Source: Candidatus Latescibacterota bacterium (lineage in GTDB: Bacteria > Latescibacterota > CBDEFO01). From it: a stretch of DNA of 64,000 bases. Location: the NCBI GenBank assembly GCA_965237525.1, contig CBDEFO010000007.1:128001-192000 (forward strand), given 5' to 3'. Numbering within the stretch: position 1 is the stretch's first letter; every line of letters starts with the position of its first letter. Shown here one piece after another: positions 51,988-61,986 of this stretch. Made by a program: the position numbers and the translations under genes. A model generated the notes under the pieces. It saw only the letters and a list, made by a program, of their open reading frames with translations. It had not been told where the DNA came from and searched no databases.

Positions 51988-53275
51988 TATCAAATGAAAT
52001 CGGTGCACCTAATTTGATCTTTGTTTAGAGTATTAGTAGATTAAGTTGAGTTGATTGTCTTAACTTTAATCTACGGAGTCCTATGGACAAAGAGAGATTG
52101 GCCGTATTAAGACAAGAAGTCAACGAGATGTATTTTAAGAAAGAAATGTCAAAGCGAGAAGTTATCAAACAAGCGAGAGTTTCCAATGATTTCGTTACGG
52201 CTTGGACTAAATCTCCGGATCAGGATTTTGCCATGGATAATCGGGGTTGGCCAAAAGGAAAAAGGCAAAAATTGGCTAAAGTTGACGAACAGAGAATCAA
52301 AGAGATTTACCATAGCTTAGAGGACGATCCTTATCAGTTCTATTCAGGAGCCACTGTTATTGAACAAGAATGGAGGAATCGATATTCTAGCACCCCTCCT
52401 CCGTCGTTGCCGACTATCGGCAGAATGCTTTCAGATTTAGGACTTTCCCAGAGAAGGAAGAAAGGTAAAAACAAGGGTGCATCTCGTTATCTTTGTTATC
52501 CAGAGTATACCATTTACTATCTTTCAGGAGGCAGAGTCCTAGAATCAGACTTTATTGGTAAAAAGTATCTTACCGGCAGAACTGAGCCGGTCAACTTCGT
52601 TGGATTTTCCTTTAAGAAAGAGCCTAAGTTAAGGTATTTTCGGCGGGTTGACGGTCAAACAGCAACTAACTTTATCGAGAAGTGTCAGTCTTTCTTTGAC
52701 AGGTTTGAAAAACCAGATTTCGTTAAGGTGGACAATTGCTCGGCGACTATTGGCAGTGTTTCAGGTAAAAGGAATGTCAGCAAAGCAATGCAGTTTCTCT
52801 TGAAAAATCAAGTGATTCCGATATTTGCCGTTCCCAGAAGGCCCTTTTCTCAAGCATCTATAGAAGGCAACAATTCTGTATTTTCAAGGAAGTTCTGGAA
52901 CAGAATTCAGTTCAAAAGCTTACAAGAAGTTGATCAGAAGTTAGAATGGTTTAATCTTTCATCACAGAGATACACCGGCTACCGTCCACCTAAGCAAGAG
53001 AAGTCAAACGAGAAAGATTTCATTCCCAAGACCTATTTTATCAGACAAGTCAAACAGGACACAGAACAGACAGATAAAGCCTTTATCGATGTCCTAAATG
53101 AGAAAGTATCTCTTCCCTCCTCTTACACCAACTACTTTGTCCTGGCTGAATGGAACCTAAAAGAAGAACAATTATACATCCATTTTGAAAAAGAACAGAA
53201 ACCAAAGATTGTCCAAAACCTATCATTCAAGATCAATCAAAGATCGAAAGAGAAGTGCACCGATTTCATTTGATA
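51988..53275 (+). mobile_element. Insertion sequence with an integrase-core DDE transposase (family not assigned; IS481/IS630-like)
   Basis: Perfect 21-bp IRs TATCAAATGAAATCGGTGCAC / GTGCACCGATTTCATTTGATA around a single ORF. Confidence 0.88.
52083..53273 (+). CDS. Transposase (HTH plus rve-like DDE)
   Basis: PSLPTIGRML; candidate catalytic residues in ESDF, KVDN and SIEGNN; stop codon lies inside the right IR. Confidence 0.8.
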   Translation: MDKERLAVLRQEVNEMYFKKEMSKREVIKQARVSNDFVTAWTKSPDQDFAMDNRGWPKGKRQKLAKVDEQRIKEIYHSLEDDPYQFYSGATVIEQEWRNRYSSTPPPSLPTIGRMLSDLGLSQRRKKGKNKGASRYLCYPEYTIYYLSGGRVLESDFIGKKYLTGRTEPVNFVGFSFKKEPKLRYFRRVDGQTATNFIEKCQSFFDRFEKPDFVKVDNCSATIGSVSGKRNVSKAMQFLLKNQVIPIFAVPRRPFSQASIEGNNSVFSRKFWNRIQFKSLQEVDQKLEWFNLSSQRYTGYRPPKQEKSNEKDFIPKTYFIRQVKQDTEQTDKAFIDVLNEKVSLPSSYTNYFVLAEWNLKEEQLYIHFEKEQKPKIVQNLSFKINQRSKEKCTDFI

Positions 53276-53326
53276 AATAACCAGTAGTCAGTAAACAGGG
53301 CACCTCTCCTCTCCCTGTCTGTCCAG

Positions 53327-54382
53327 CTATTCGGTTCTGAGCATATTGCCTTCCTTGATATCGCTGTAGCCTTCAATTATCCTTGCTTTGGAAAAGTGCT
53401 TGGCAGTGACTTCAATGACCTGGATAGTTCCTACCTTTATCTCATCGGTTTTTCCCACTACCTTGCCCGTGATAGGGTCTGAAAGCTCTTCTCCCTCTTG
53501 ATATACACTATATTTGTCTCCTGCCTCAACTCCATCGGCGATCCCTATGTTGACATACACCTCATCGTCTTGGACCCAGAGTACGACAGGATCCGAGACT
53601 TCGGGCTGAGGCGGTGGTTCTATGTATTCTTCGATTTTGGCTTTGATCTGTTCAGAACACCTTGTAAAGGCTATGCCTACTACAGTATCTTTGAGCTCCT
53701 CTGACTCGAATTCATAGTTTCCCATCTCAAAGAACTCTTTGTTCCTCTGTCTTGCTTTGTCATCCCGATAACTGGCTCCAAGTTCGTTGTCATCGTATTC
53801 CCCAACTCCCTCGATTATGCCGAGTTCCATTCCGTCCACAACGCGAAAGATCGTCAGTTTTACATTGACATATGCTCCGTACCTGAAGAATCCGGCGAGT
53901 GGAACTCCAGCTCTGAAGCGAGTTACGTTAAAGTTTTCGATCTCTCCGGTCAGGACGAAGTCAGCTTTGACGTCTCGACCTATCTGGATGGCTCTTTCGT
54001 TTTTAAATTTACCGAGAGTCTCTTTTCCATCCTTCAATCGCTCCAATATTGCGCCATGCGGAACTGTTTTGTAGAAGGGATTTTCCGACAGTTTCTGAGC
54101 GATAGCTTGAGGAACGCTGTTTACTATGTCCCAGGTCCCCTTTAATTTGGATCTATCCTCCAAGGGGAGTATAAGCAGAGTCTGGGACCCTGTGGAGTGC
54201 GAAAATAGAGTGTCCTGTACAGCCTTGCCATTCGTCTTTTGTACGTTTGGGGAGGTCTGAACCGATGAATATCCCAAAGCGACCAGAGCCGACAGAACGC
54301 CAACGCCGAGTATTCTGGGTAGTCGACTGTTAGGACTACTTTTCAAAGCTGCGCCAGAACCTGTCTTGCCTCTTTTGTTCAT
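53327..54382 (-). CDS. CsgG/FlgT-like envelope protein with a FlgT C-terminal-like domain
   Basis: AIQIGRDVKADFVLTGEI (CsgG/TolB-N-like) and VYVNIGIADGVEAGD...DPITGKVVG (FlgT_C-like). Confidence 0.65.
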   Translation of the reverse strand: MNKRGKTGSGAALKSSPNSRLPRILGVGVLSALVALGYSSVQTSPNVQKTNGKAVQDTLFSHSTGSQTLLILPLEDRSKLKGTWDIVNSVPQAIAQKLSENPFYKTVPHGAILERLKDGKETLGKFKNERAIQIGRDVKADFVLTGEIENFNVTRFRAGVPLAGFFRYGAYVNVKLTIFRVVDGMELGIIEGVGEYDDNELGASYRDDKARQRNKEFFEMGNYEFESEELKDTVVGIAFTRCSEQIKAKIEEYIEPPPQPEVSDPVVLWVQDDEVYVNIGIADGVEAGDKYSVYQEGEELSDPITGKVVGKTDEIKVGTIQVIEVTAKHFSKARIIEGYSDIKEGNMLRTE

Positions 54383-54394
54383 ATCAGTTCACCT

Positions 54395-55675
54395 TTACGC
54401 CGCTTTTCTGATTTTAGGGAGGACGTATGGTCCCTTCGGTATTACCGCTATTTTAGCATCTCTACCGGATTTTTGAAGGGCCTGCTGGACTCCGTCCTCT
54501 ACAGATTCTACAGGTTGAACCATAATGCTTTTAGCTCGTTGGGAATCTATGCCTTCGCTGTATAAGAGTACCTCGCCCCTTTTGAGGGCTTTACACATCT
54601 CCTGCACCTGCCATTGGTCGTGGCAGAAGAACATGGGGCTTTTTATGGTTTGAAGGAAGTTTTCGGGATCTTTTGTGTCATTAAGGAGGCGGGAAAACTC
54701 CGAACTCCCGATACCTTCAGTGCATCGGGAAGCTACAATAAGCGTCCCATCTTGCTTCAGCACGGGTAAAGCGGCGGTCATACCCTTTATGGTCTGGTAG
54801 AATGTGAGGTCGAGAGGGTATCCCGCGCTGGTAGTTATCACTATATCGGCGAGCTCATCAAGATAGGCGGTAGATTGTCTTTCGACGAATTTTACGCCTG
54901 CCCAGTGGGCGGCTTCAAGTTCGCCACAGAAGAGTCCGGTTATCTGTCTTTTTCCGTTGATGGCTACATTGAGGCTAAAATCGACCCCGGCTTTGTGTGC
55001 AACTTCTAACATCTGTTGATGTACAGGGTTGCCATCAATTATGCCTTCAGCTGCCCGGGGCGATGAGAGTATTTCATATCCGTGCAGGACTTTGACAGTT
55101 TCGACTCCGCATATCCCGGGGCAGATAGCCTTTCTCCCGCCTGAGTAGCCCGCCATAAGGTGAGGTTCAATCAGGGAGGTGGCGATCGTGAGATCGGATT
55201 CGAGGTAGAGCGTATTGACATAGACAGGCACGCCGAACGAAGTCTCACCGAGGTGGCTTAGCGTATCTTTTTCACTGGATAGGTGATTGACTATCTTGTA
55301 GTTTCGGACTATATGCTCCCCGACCATTGTGCTGAGCTCTTGCTCCGTATTGGGTCGATGGAGTCCCGTCCCGACGAGGATGGTGATATTTTCTTTGGGG
55401 ATGTCAGAGTCCTGGAGGACCTTCAGCATTGGTGGCAAAATAGTTTCGTTGGGCACAGGCCTGGTGATGTCTGAGATGACGATACAGGCGTTTCTTTTGC
55501 CATGTGCAAGCTCCCAAAGCGGTGGCGAGGATGCAGGGTTTTCAAGGCCCTCCAAGACGGCTGATTGTGGGTCCTGTAGAGGTTCCACTGGTTTTATGTC
55601 GAGAACGCCCTCTAGATTCTGATCGGGAAGATCGACCCAGAGTCCTTCTTTTCCATAGGCGAGTTTGATTTTCAA
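54395..55675 (-). CDS. larA: Nickel-pincer-dependent lactate racemase family protein
   Basis: IVISDITRPVP, GTGLHR, IVNH, IEPHLMAGYSGGRKAICPG, GYPLDLTFYQ and DQWQ. Probable TTG start at 55675. Confidence 0.88.
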   Translation of the reverse strand: MKIKLAYGKEGLWVDLPDQNLEGVLDIKPVEPLQDPQSAVLEGLENPASSPPLWELAHGKRNACIVISDITRPVPNETILPPMLKVLQDSDIPKENITILVGTGLHRPNTEQELSTMVGEHIVRNYKIVNHLSSEKDTLSHLGETSFGVPVYVNTLYLESDLTIATSLIEPHLMAGYSGGRKAICPGICGVETVKVLHGYEILSSPRAAEGIIDGNPVHQQMLEVAHKAGVDFSLNVAINGKRQITGLFCGELEAAHWAGVKFVERQSTAYLDELADIVITTSAGYPLDLTFYQTIKGMTAALPVLKQDGTLIVASRCTEGIGSSEFSRLLNDTKDPENFLQTIKSPMFFCHDQWQVQEMCKALKRGEVLLYSEGIDSQRAKSIMVQPVESVEDGVQQALQKSGRDAKIAVIPKGPYVLPKIRKAA

Positions 55676-55809
55676 ATCTCTAATCTCCCTACTGCTGAGT
55701 GGATCGAGGTTTCTGCCCCTCGCAATGTCAGGAGACACGCGATGGCATTGTAATGCATCTATGACAGCCACAGCAAACGAAGCAATCTCGTAGAGAGGGT
55801 ACTGCCCCT

Positions 55810-56192
55810 CCTAAACCGTGTACATCCACAAAGGAGTCGCCCAACACGAAGTCCTCGGCTATTCCTAGAGCGCCTCTGAGTCCCAGGGGGAATTCCTACC
55901 CTGGGGTTATTGTCTGCCGGGTGTAAAAGAGATTTACCATTGTGTTCCCGGTTCTAAATGCTCTAAAAGATGGAGTTTGTTGTCATCAAACAGCGTGTGC
56001 AAAAATCCAGGATCTTTATCGAAGTGATCTTCTACGGAACGCTTACTTTTTCCTGTGACAAATGGTAAATTCTTTGACTCCCTGTCGGGTCATCTCCTCG
56101 ACCGTCTGCTGGCCTACGGGCTTTATCCCGACGGGGAGCATCACCTTGGGCTGAGATTTTGTACCAGGCTGTAGTTTAGTGCCCAGTTCAGC
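55810..56192 (-). pseudogene. galU: Decayed UTP-glucose-1-phosphate uridylyltransferase fragment
   Basis: Manual translation: AELGTKLQPGTKSQPKVMLPVGIKP...TVEE, a frameshift, FVTGKSKRSVEDHFD, then LFYTRQ...PLGL...AEDFV. No intact start. Confidence 0.7.
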
Positions 56193-56330
56193 TTATGTTT
56201 TCCCTTGACAGCTTGGGTTTTATGTATTAAAGTTCGCTCTATCAATCGGACAATCTCGTACAAAATATAACCTTGGGGCTTGGAAATGTCAAGCTAAAAT
56301 GGTCTGATGTAATATATCTGATATGTACTC

Positions 56331-56561
56331 TTGAATTTAGGGGGAGTCTTTATCTGTCAGATAATCTTATATCCGGGCAAGGATGGTTTTTGGATATTAG
56401 AATGTTTCAGCCTTCCAGGATGTATAAGTCAGGGAACGACAAGGGAGGAGGCACTAAGGAATATCAAGGAGGCTATCGAGTGTTACATTGAGAGTTTGGA
56501 AGAGGATGGTCTGCCGGTGCCCCCTGATAGAATTGAGGCTATGGTGGTGACGATTGAATAG
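56331..56561 (+). CDS. hicB: HicB-family antitoxin; native start codon probably lost
   Basis: ILYPGKDGFWILECFSLPGCISQGTTREEALRNIKEAI...EEDGLPVP. The codon after SD GGGGAG is ATC rather than ATG. Confidence 0.75.
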   Translation: MNLGGVFICQIILYPGKDGFWILECFSLPGCISQGTTREEALRNIKEAIECYIESLEEDGLPVPPDRIEAMVVTIE

Positions 56562-56774
56562 ACTTCCAACACTGTCAGGAAAAAAGTTGATCAAGCTTCT
56601 ACAAAAGACCGGATTTTACGTACAACGACGGAAGGGGAGTCATATGAAATTGAGAGGGATGATCCCTTCTGCCAGGTTGTCGTTCCTGATCATAGGACCT
56701 TAGAGAGAGGCACGCTGAGAGGAATCATCAGACAGACAGGAATGTCCGTTGATTAATTCATCAATCTCGTATAG
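56554..56774 (+). pseudogene. hicA: HicA-family toxin, frameshifted and with a premature stop
   Basis: TTG start, then NRLPTLSGKKLIKLLQKTGFYVQRRKGSHMKL, a frameshift, DDPFCQVVVPDHRTLERGTLRGIIRQTGMSVD*FINLV. Confidence 0.8.
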
Positions 56775-57164
56775 AGACCATCGTAGAGCGCGAAGGAGAT
56801 AGGAATCTCTTGCCATCTGTGTCGGCGAATACTCCGATCACTTGAAAAATGCCGCAAACTCCTAAAATAATTGCTCATACGCTCAAAAAAAGATTGACCT
56901 TGCGACAAGAATGTAATAAATTGATATAACACGAAATCCTAGATGCTCTAAACGTCTTATTCTTCGAGCAGCCATACTCGTTGTAGCAGCTTTGGTTCTC
57001 TAATGAAGTGTGGGAACACCGAATCTCTCTGGAAGTCCGCTTGATCAGGATCTAATCAGAAAAAATTTGAACTTAGTGTTCTAAATCACAAAAAATCTTA
57101 TCCGGATGTCTTATAATATTATTTGATTAATCTCTTTATCAACAGAAAAAGGGGACATCTTTCG

Positions 57165-58049
57165 ATGAAATTAGTCACGTTTGATTATAAGAAGAAAGAG
57201 AATTTCGGAGCTTTACTAGGGCAGGAGAATATTGTTGATTTAGGAAGTGTAGCCGGATCTGTAATAGAACTTTTAGGGATGCGGGATGAGGGAATAGAGA
57301 GAGCGCGCAGGGCGGTTGAGGAAAATGAGCCGGCATTGAAGTTGAAGGATGTGACCTTGAAAGCCCCTGTGCCAAGGCCTTCTAAGCTTTTGTGTTTGGC
57401 TGGGAATTACGCAGAACATATAAGAGAGGGAGGTGGAGAAGTGAGCGAGAAGGAAAAGACGACCCCGCGCGTGTTTATGAAACCTCCTTCCACAACGGTG
57501 ATAGGCTCAGGGCAGCCCATAATCCTGCCTAAGAATGCCAACAAGATAGATTGGGAGTGCGAAATTGGAGCTGTGATAGGAAAGAACGCGCGTTTTGTGA
57601 GCGCAGATGAGGCTCTGGATTATGTTGCTGGTTATACTATCGTAAACGATGTATCGGAAAGAGCGTTGAAGATCGAAAAGGACAGAGAGCCGAGGGACGG
57701 AGACGGTTGGTTCGACTGGCTAAACGGCAAGTGGTTCGATACGTTTGCCCCTATGGGTCCCTGTCTTGTGTTGAAGGATGAGATGCAAGACCCTCAAAGC
57801 TTAAGGATTACTTTAAGGGTGAACGGAGAGACAAAGCAGGATTCCAATACCAGTCAGATGATATTTACTGTGGCTGAGCTGGTGGAATGGGCGTCCACGT
57901 TAGTGACGTTGGAGCCGGGCGACGTTATATCGACGGGGACACCCTCGGGTGTAGGATCAACTACAGGGACGTTTCTTTCTGCGGGAGATGTTGTAGAGGC
58001 TGAGATCGAGGGGATAGGAATACTGAGGAATCCTGTGGAGAAAGGGTAG
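57165..58049 (+). CDS. Fumarylacetoacetate hydrolase family protein
   Basis: AGNYAEH, DWECEIG, GYTIVNDVSER, GKWFDTFAPMGP and GDVISTGTPSGVG. Confidence 0.93.
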   Translation: MKLVTFDYKKKENFGALLGQENIVDLGSVAGSVIELLGMRDEGIERARRAVEENEPALKLKDVTLKAPVPRPSKLLCLAGNYAEHIREGGGEVSEKEKTTPRVFMKPPSTTVIGSGQPIILPKNANKIDWECEIGAVIGKNARFVSADEALDYVAGYTIVNDVSERALKIEKDREPRDGDGWFDWLNGKWFDTFAPMGPCLVLKDEMQDPQSLRITLRVNGETKQDSNTSQMIFTVAELVEWASTLVTLEPGDVISTGTPSGVGSTTGTFLSAGDVVEAEIEGIGILRNPVEKG

Positions 58050-58092
58050 GCTTTCAACGGCTGTTGGATCACCCATTAGCTTGGACGAACAT

Positions 58093-59046
58093 ATGAATAT
58101 AAAGTTCTGGGGCGTGAGAGGTTCCATCCCAACTCCCATTGGTCCTAAGGAGATTCGAAAAAAGATAGAAGACGTCCTCTTTGAGGCAAAGGACATAAAG
58201 TTTTCCAGCCGGGAAGACGTAACTAAGTATGTGGAGGGACTGCATTATCTGCAGCGAGGCACAGTTGGGGGCAACAGCTCCTGCGTGGAAGTCCAGACGC
58301 AGACTGGACATGTTCTTATTCTGGACGCGGGCTCGGGGATCGTAAAGCTGGGAGCAGAATTGATGAAAGGGGATTTCGGAAGGGGTAGCGGGGTAGCTCA
58401 CATATTTTTGTCTCATACTCATTGGGATCATATTATAGGTTTTCCGTTGTTTACTCCTGCGTATATTAAGGGAAACAGGATAATCTTTTACGGCGTGCAC
58501 GAAGATTTAGAGAAAAGGCTAAGACACCAGCAAAATGCCCCCGACCATTTTCCGGCGTCCCTGGAATTGATGGAAGCTGATATAGAATTTGTTCAGCTTA
58601 AAGGGAAGAAAAAGCTGAAGATAGGTAGCATGACTGTGGATAGCAAGGAGCTTTACCATCCGGGCGCAGCTTACAGTTATAGGATCACAGAAAATGAGAA
58701 GACCTTGGTCTATGCGACAGACGGTGAGTATAAGGTGGAGTGGGAAAATGTGCAGCAGTATCATAGCTATTATCAAAACGCCGATGTGTTGATCTTCGAC
58801 GCTATGTATACTGCTGGAGAGGCGATCGACCGCGAGGACTGGGGTCACAGCACCTCATTCATAGGAGCAGACATAGCGTCTATTACGGGGATCAAAAAGC
58901 TCGTATTGTTTCATCACTATCCCGCACGAGATGATGAGGCTATACATAGGATTTTGAAAGAGACAGAGGCGTACTGGAACGATCTCTATTCGGACTTTGA
59001 TTGTGAGATACTCATGGCACACGAGGGATTAGAAATAGAAATATAA
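58093..59046 (+). CDS. MBL-fold metallo-hydrolase
   Basis: FWGVRGSIPTP, GGNSSCV, SHTHWDHIIG, WGHS and LFHHYP. Confidence 0.92.
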   Translation: MNIKFWGVRGSIPTPIGPKEIRKKIEDVLFEAKDIKFSSREDVTKYVEGLHYLQRGTVGGNSSCVEVQTQTGHVLILDAGSGIVKLGAELMKGDFGRGSGVAHIFLSHTHWDHIIGFPLFTPAYIKGNRIIFYGVHEDLEKRLRHQQNAPDHFPASLELMEADIEFVQLKGKKKLKIGSMTVDSKELYHPGAAYSYRITENEKTLVYATDGEYKVEWENVQQYHSYYQNADVLIFDAMYTAGEAIDREDWGHSTSFIGADIASITGIKKLVLFHHYPARDDEAIHRILKETEAYWNDLYSDFDCEILMAHEGLEIEI

Positions 59047-59137
59047 CGTTTTTACTCCCAAAATATTCTTCGATACTTTTCGGGGCTCCCGAGTATATTA
59101 TTGCGAAAGCTCCTTTATCGAAGATCATCTTAGTACC

Positions 59138-59171
59138 GGCGGAAGCCATCAAGGTTTCCGCCTCTTTTTTT
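59138..59171 (+). terminator. Intrinsic terminator
   Basis: GGCGGAAGCC-ATCAA-GGTTTCCGCC followed by TCTTTTTTT. Confidence 0.75.
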
Positions 59172-59379
59172 GTTTCGCCGGATAGCACGATAAAGAAAAC
59201 AGATAATTACGATCCTGATAATCACAAAAACTCCTTGACATCCGCGAAAATATAGTTTTAATTGTACATAAAGAGTGATTGTGCTGTTTTTGTGCGTTGT
59301 CAGTGCAAGAATATCCAAGAAGACAAGTCTCATGTAGCTTGTTGATGGGAGTTGTCTTGTAAGGAGGTGATGAAACAAA

Positions 59380-60483
59380 ATGACAAGACGAGCAGTGAAA
59401 CCTTCCACAGTTCTGGCTACGATAACTTTCGTTATCTTGGGTATCGCTGCACAAATACACGCCCAGATGTCCGCCCCAATTATCACTAATTACGTCAGAG
59501 CAGTGGCAGTACTACCTGGAGGGAACGCGGTCTATGTGGGCATTGAAGAATTTGAAACGGGCGGGGTCCTTCGAATAAATGTAGATACTGGAGAAGTACA
59601 AGCGATGAACGAGGGTTTAACAGACCTGAATCTCCGCAGCCTCGTCATTGATCCTTCCGATCCATCACGGATCTATGTAGCTTCGGGAGAGGGTATCTTT
59701 CGCAGCGAAGATGGAGGAAGACACTGGATAGGGATCAACCAGGGGATATCTTCGGGTGGTATAAATGAAATCTGGGTAAGTTCCCTTAATTCGGACTTGC
59801 TATTGGCACAAGGTGCAGTCGGCTCTGTTTACCGTACAGATGATGGAGGGAACCAGTGGCGTTTGTTGTATGTGCCTCGTATCGACTATGGAAGTAATTG
59901 GGAGACTGCAATCGAAGCGACCAGTAACGGCAGTACTATCTTTGCCTTCAAGGCCGGCGTACCTTTCCGTCGGAGCACTGATGGTGGTGAGACCTGGGAG
60001 GATCTTTCAATAGTGAGTAGGGCCTTCGCGTTCTCTTCGGACGAGAAAATCTTTTACGCTGGCAAAGGATTAATCAGAGATGAAAGAGCGGTGGTCGTAT
60101 ATCGGAGTCTGGACGAAGGAGATACGTGGGAGGGACTCGAGTATGGTCCTCCGATCGATACTGAAGAATATCGGCTTCCTCAATGGGGAAACACTATCTG
60201 CCTGCTGCCAGATCCACACGCTCCTGGTGTTATCTATGCGGGTACTACAGAGGGGGTGTTTTACACGACTGATGGGGGAGTTGTCTGGCAGCCTTTGGGC
60301 AGTCAACCGTTGAACTTTGAAGAATGGAACGGTCTTGTTTTTGCACTGGCCTTAGACCTGGATAGATCGCGTCTTTACGTCGGGAGGCCTGACGGTCTGT
60401 TCTTCGTGCCGCTTCCAGAGTATCCTGATCCGACCGCTGTGGAGGCTAATTCGTGGGGAAAGATTAAAAGCCTTGTGAAATAG
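59380..60483 (+). CDS. Secreted BNR/Asp-box (VPS10/Ycf48-like) beta-propeller with SWGKIK tail; the last codons come from the IS
   Basis: Repeated S/TxDGGxxW; ends PTAVEANSWGKIK, with SLVK* read from the IS end starting at 60468. Confidence 0.8.
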   Translation: MTRRAVKPSTVLATITFVILGIAAQIHAQMSAPIITNYVRAVAVLPGGNAVYVGIEEFETGGVLRINVDTGEVQAMNEGLTDLNLRSLVIDPSDPSRIYVASGEGIFRSEDGGRHWIGINQGISSGGINEIWVSSLNSDLLLAQGAVGSVYRTDDGGNQWRLLYVPRIDYGSNWETAIEATSNGSTIFAFKAGVPFRRSTDGGETWEDLSIVSRAFAFSSDEKIFYAGKGLIRDERAVVVYRSLDEGDTWEGLEYGPPIDTEEYRLPQWGNTICLLPDPHAPGVIYAGTTEGVFYTTDGGVVWQPLGSQPLNFEEWNGLVFALALDLDRSRLYVGRPDGLFFVPLPEYPDPTAVEANSWGKIKSLVK

Positions 60484-61986
60484 TTATGTCGCAGGCAGCG
60501 TCTGAAGCGCCGATTATGGGTCAAAGAGTAGCATATCGTATCGTTTTGCTGTGGAATAAGCAAAATAGTCTTATCAGAGTTCTGGTCAGCAAGGAATAGG
60601 AGCTGTTTGAAGAACAGGATGCACTGTCTTTGACAGACAGGGCACACATAGACGCTTTCCCCCTTCTTATGAAAGATACAAGCCTCTTGAGATTCTGTAC
60701 TGTTGCAACAAGATTCAACTGTTCATTCAGTGAGGCTGGTCCTCTGTAACGGGCTCGTCCCATACCGTGTTGTTGCCTGGCTTCAGCAAAGATATGTTCA
60801 CTGCGTTTACGGAGTCTCCGGGAGAGTTTGTAGTCAGCTGTTAATGAGATAGACCGTGCATGATTTCTGGCTTTCGCCTCTCGCACTTTTCTATCCCGTT
60901 CGGCCTGAATATGTGCTGAATTTGTCTTGTTTTTCCATGTAGGAATCGGTTCAATCTTCTCATCGGCTCGCAGAGGAATATGGGGTATGATTCCCCGGTC
61001 AAGTACATCAGCGATAAAATTACCAGAACCGTAACCGGTATCGGCACTAAGTGTCTGAATGTCTTTGGGCATGGTGTATGTTTCAAGGTCATCTACCATC
61101 TTAAGGGCACTTTCGGGCTCTGCTGTCCCTGTCGCCTGCGTGCCCTGAGTCTCAAGGATTACTCTGCTTTTTGTGTCGATCAGATCATGGCCCATAAACG
61201 AGAGAAAAGCCCCTTTGCCCTTCGATTTGCTGTATAAGCGCGCGTCGGGGTCTGTAGTCGAACGGTGTGTTTGGTTCGTCCACTTTTCACCATGAAAGTC
61301 TTTATCCTGAGGATGCCCGGACCTACCCTTTGTCTTATCACCTTCAAAACCGATTCCCTTGAGATAATCATCAAGAGAAACAGGGGGTTCTATCGGCTCA
61401 ATACTTTTCACTGAAGCATCAGCTTGTATCTGAGTGCCGTCGACACTAAGGTGTTTACCGCTCACAAGACCGACATCTATGCAACACTGGACTACCTGAC
61501 GCATTATCCGTTCAAACAACCCACTGGATGCCCACTTGTGATTGCGAAGCTTGTTGATCGTGCTCCTATCCGGAACCGCATCATCAAATGTCTGATGACA
61601 AAACAACCGATATGCCGCATGCATCCCCACTTCCTGACAGAGCCGATTCTCACTCAAATTATACAGATAGCCAATAAGGATCATTCGAACAACTAATTCA
61701 GGATCAATACCGGGTCTGCCATTGTCAGGGCAATAACAATCTGATACAACGTCTCGTACAAATGAAAAATCAACTGCCTCATCAATCTGACGAAGGATAT
61801 GATCCTCGGGAACTAAATCCTCCATCTGAAAATAGTGAAACATCGGATTTGTCTGTTCCTGCTTTTGTGGGGTCATTGTTTCCTCCATGTATAATATTAT
61901 CAATAACATAATATAATACATCGGAGCTGCTTTATCAATGCTTGTTTTATACTATTTTCTGAATCTAAGGGTTTTTCACAAGGCTT
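60468..61986 (-). mobile_element. IS1182-family insertion sequence, copy 3 (1,519 bp, intact transposase ending at 60521)
   Basis: Same IRs and near-identical sequence; the flanks TTAA (60464-60467) and CTAA (61987-61990) do not match. Confidence 0.93.

Noticed and set aside
53327..54382. Curli or flagellar system
   Set aside because: Only a lone CsgG/FlgT-like gene; no curlin or flagellar genes nearby. The FlgD-like tails are not flagellar evidence.
55676..55771. N-terminal extension of larA in the ORF track
   Set aside because: Similarity starts at LKIKLAYG with an SD before TTG 55675; the extension runs through REP-like remnants.
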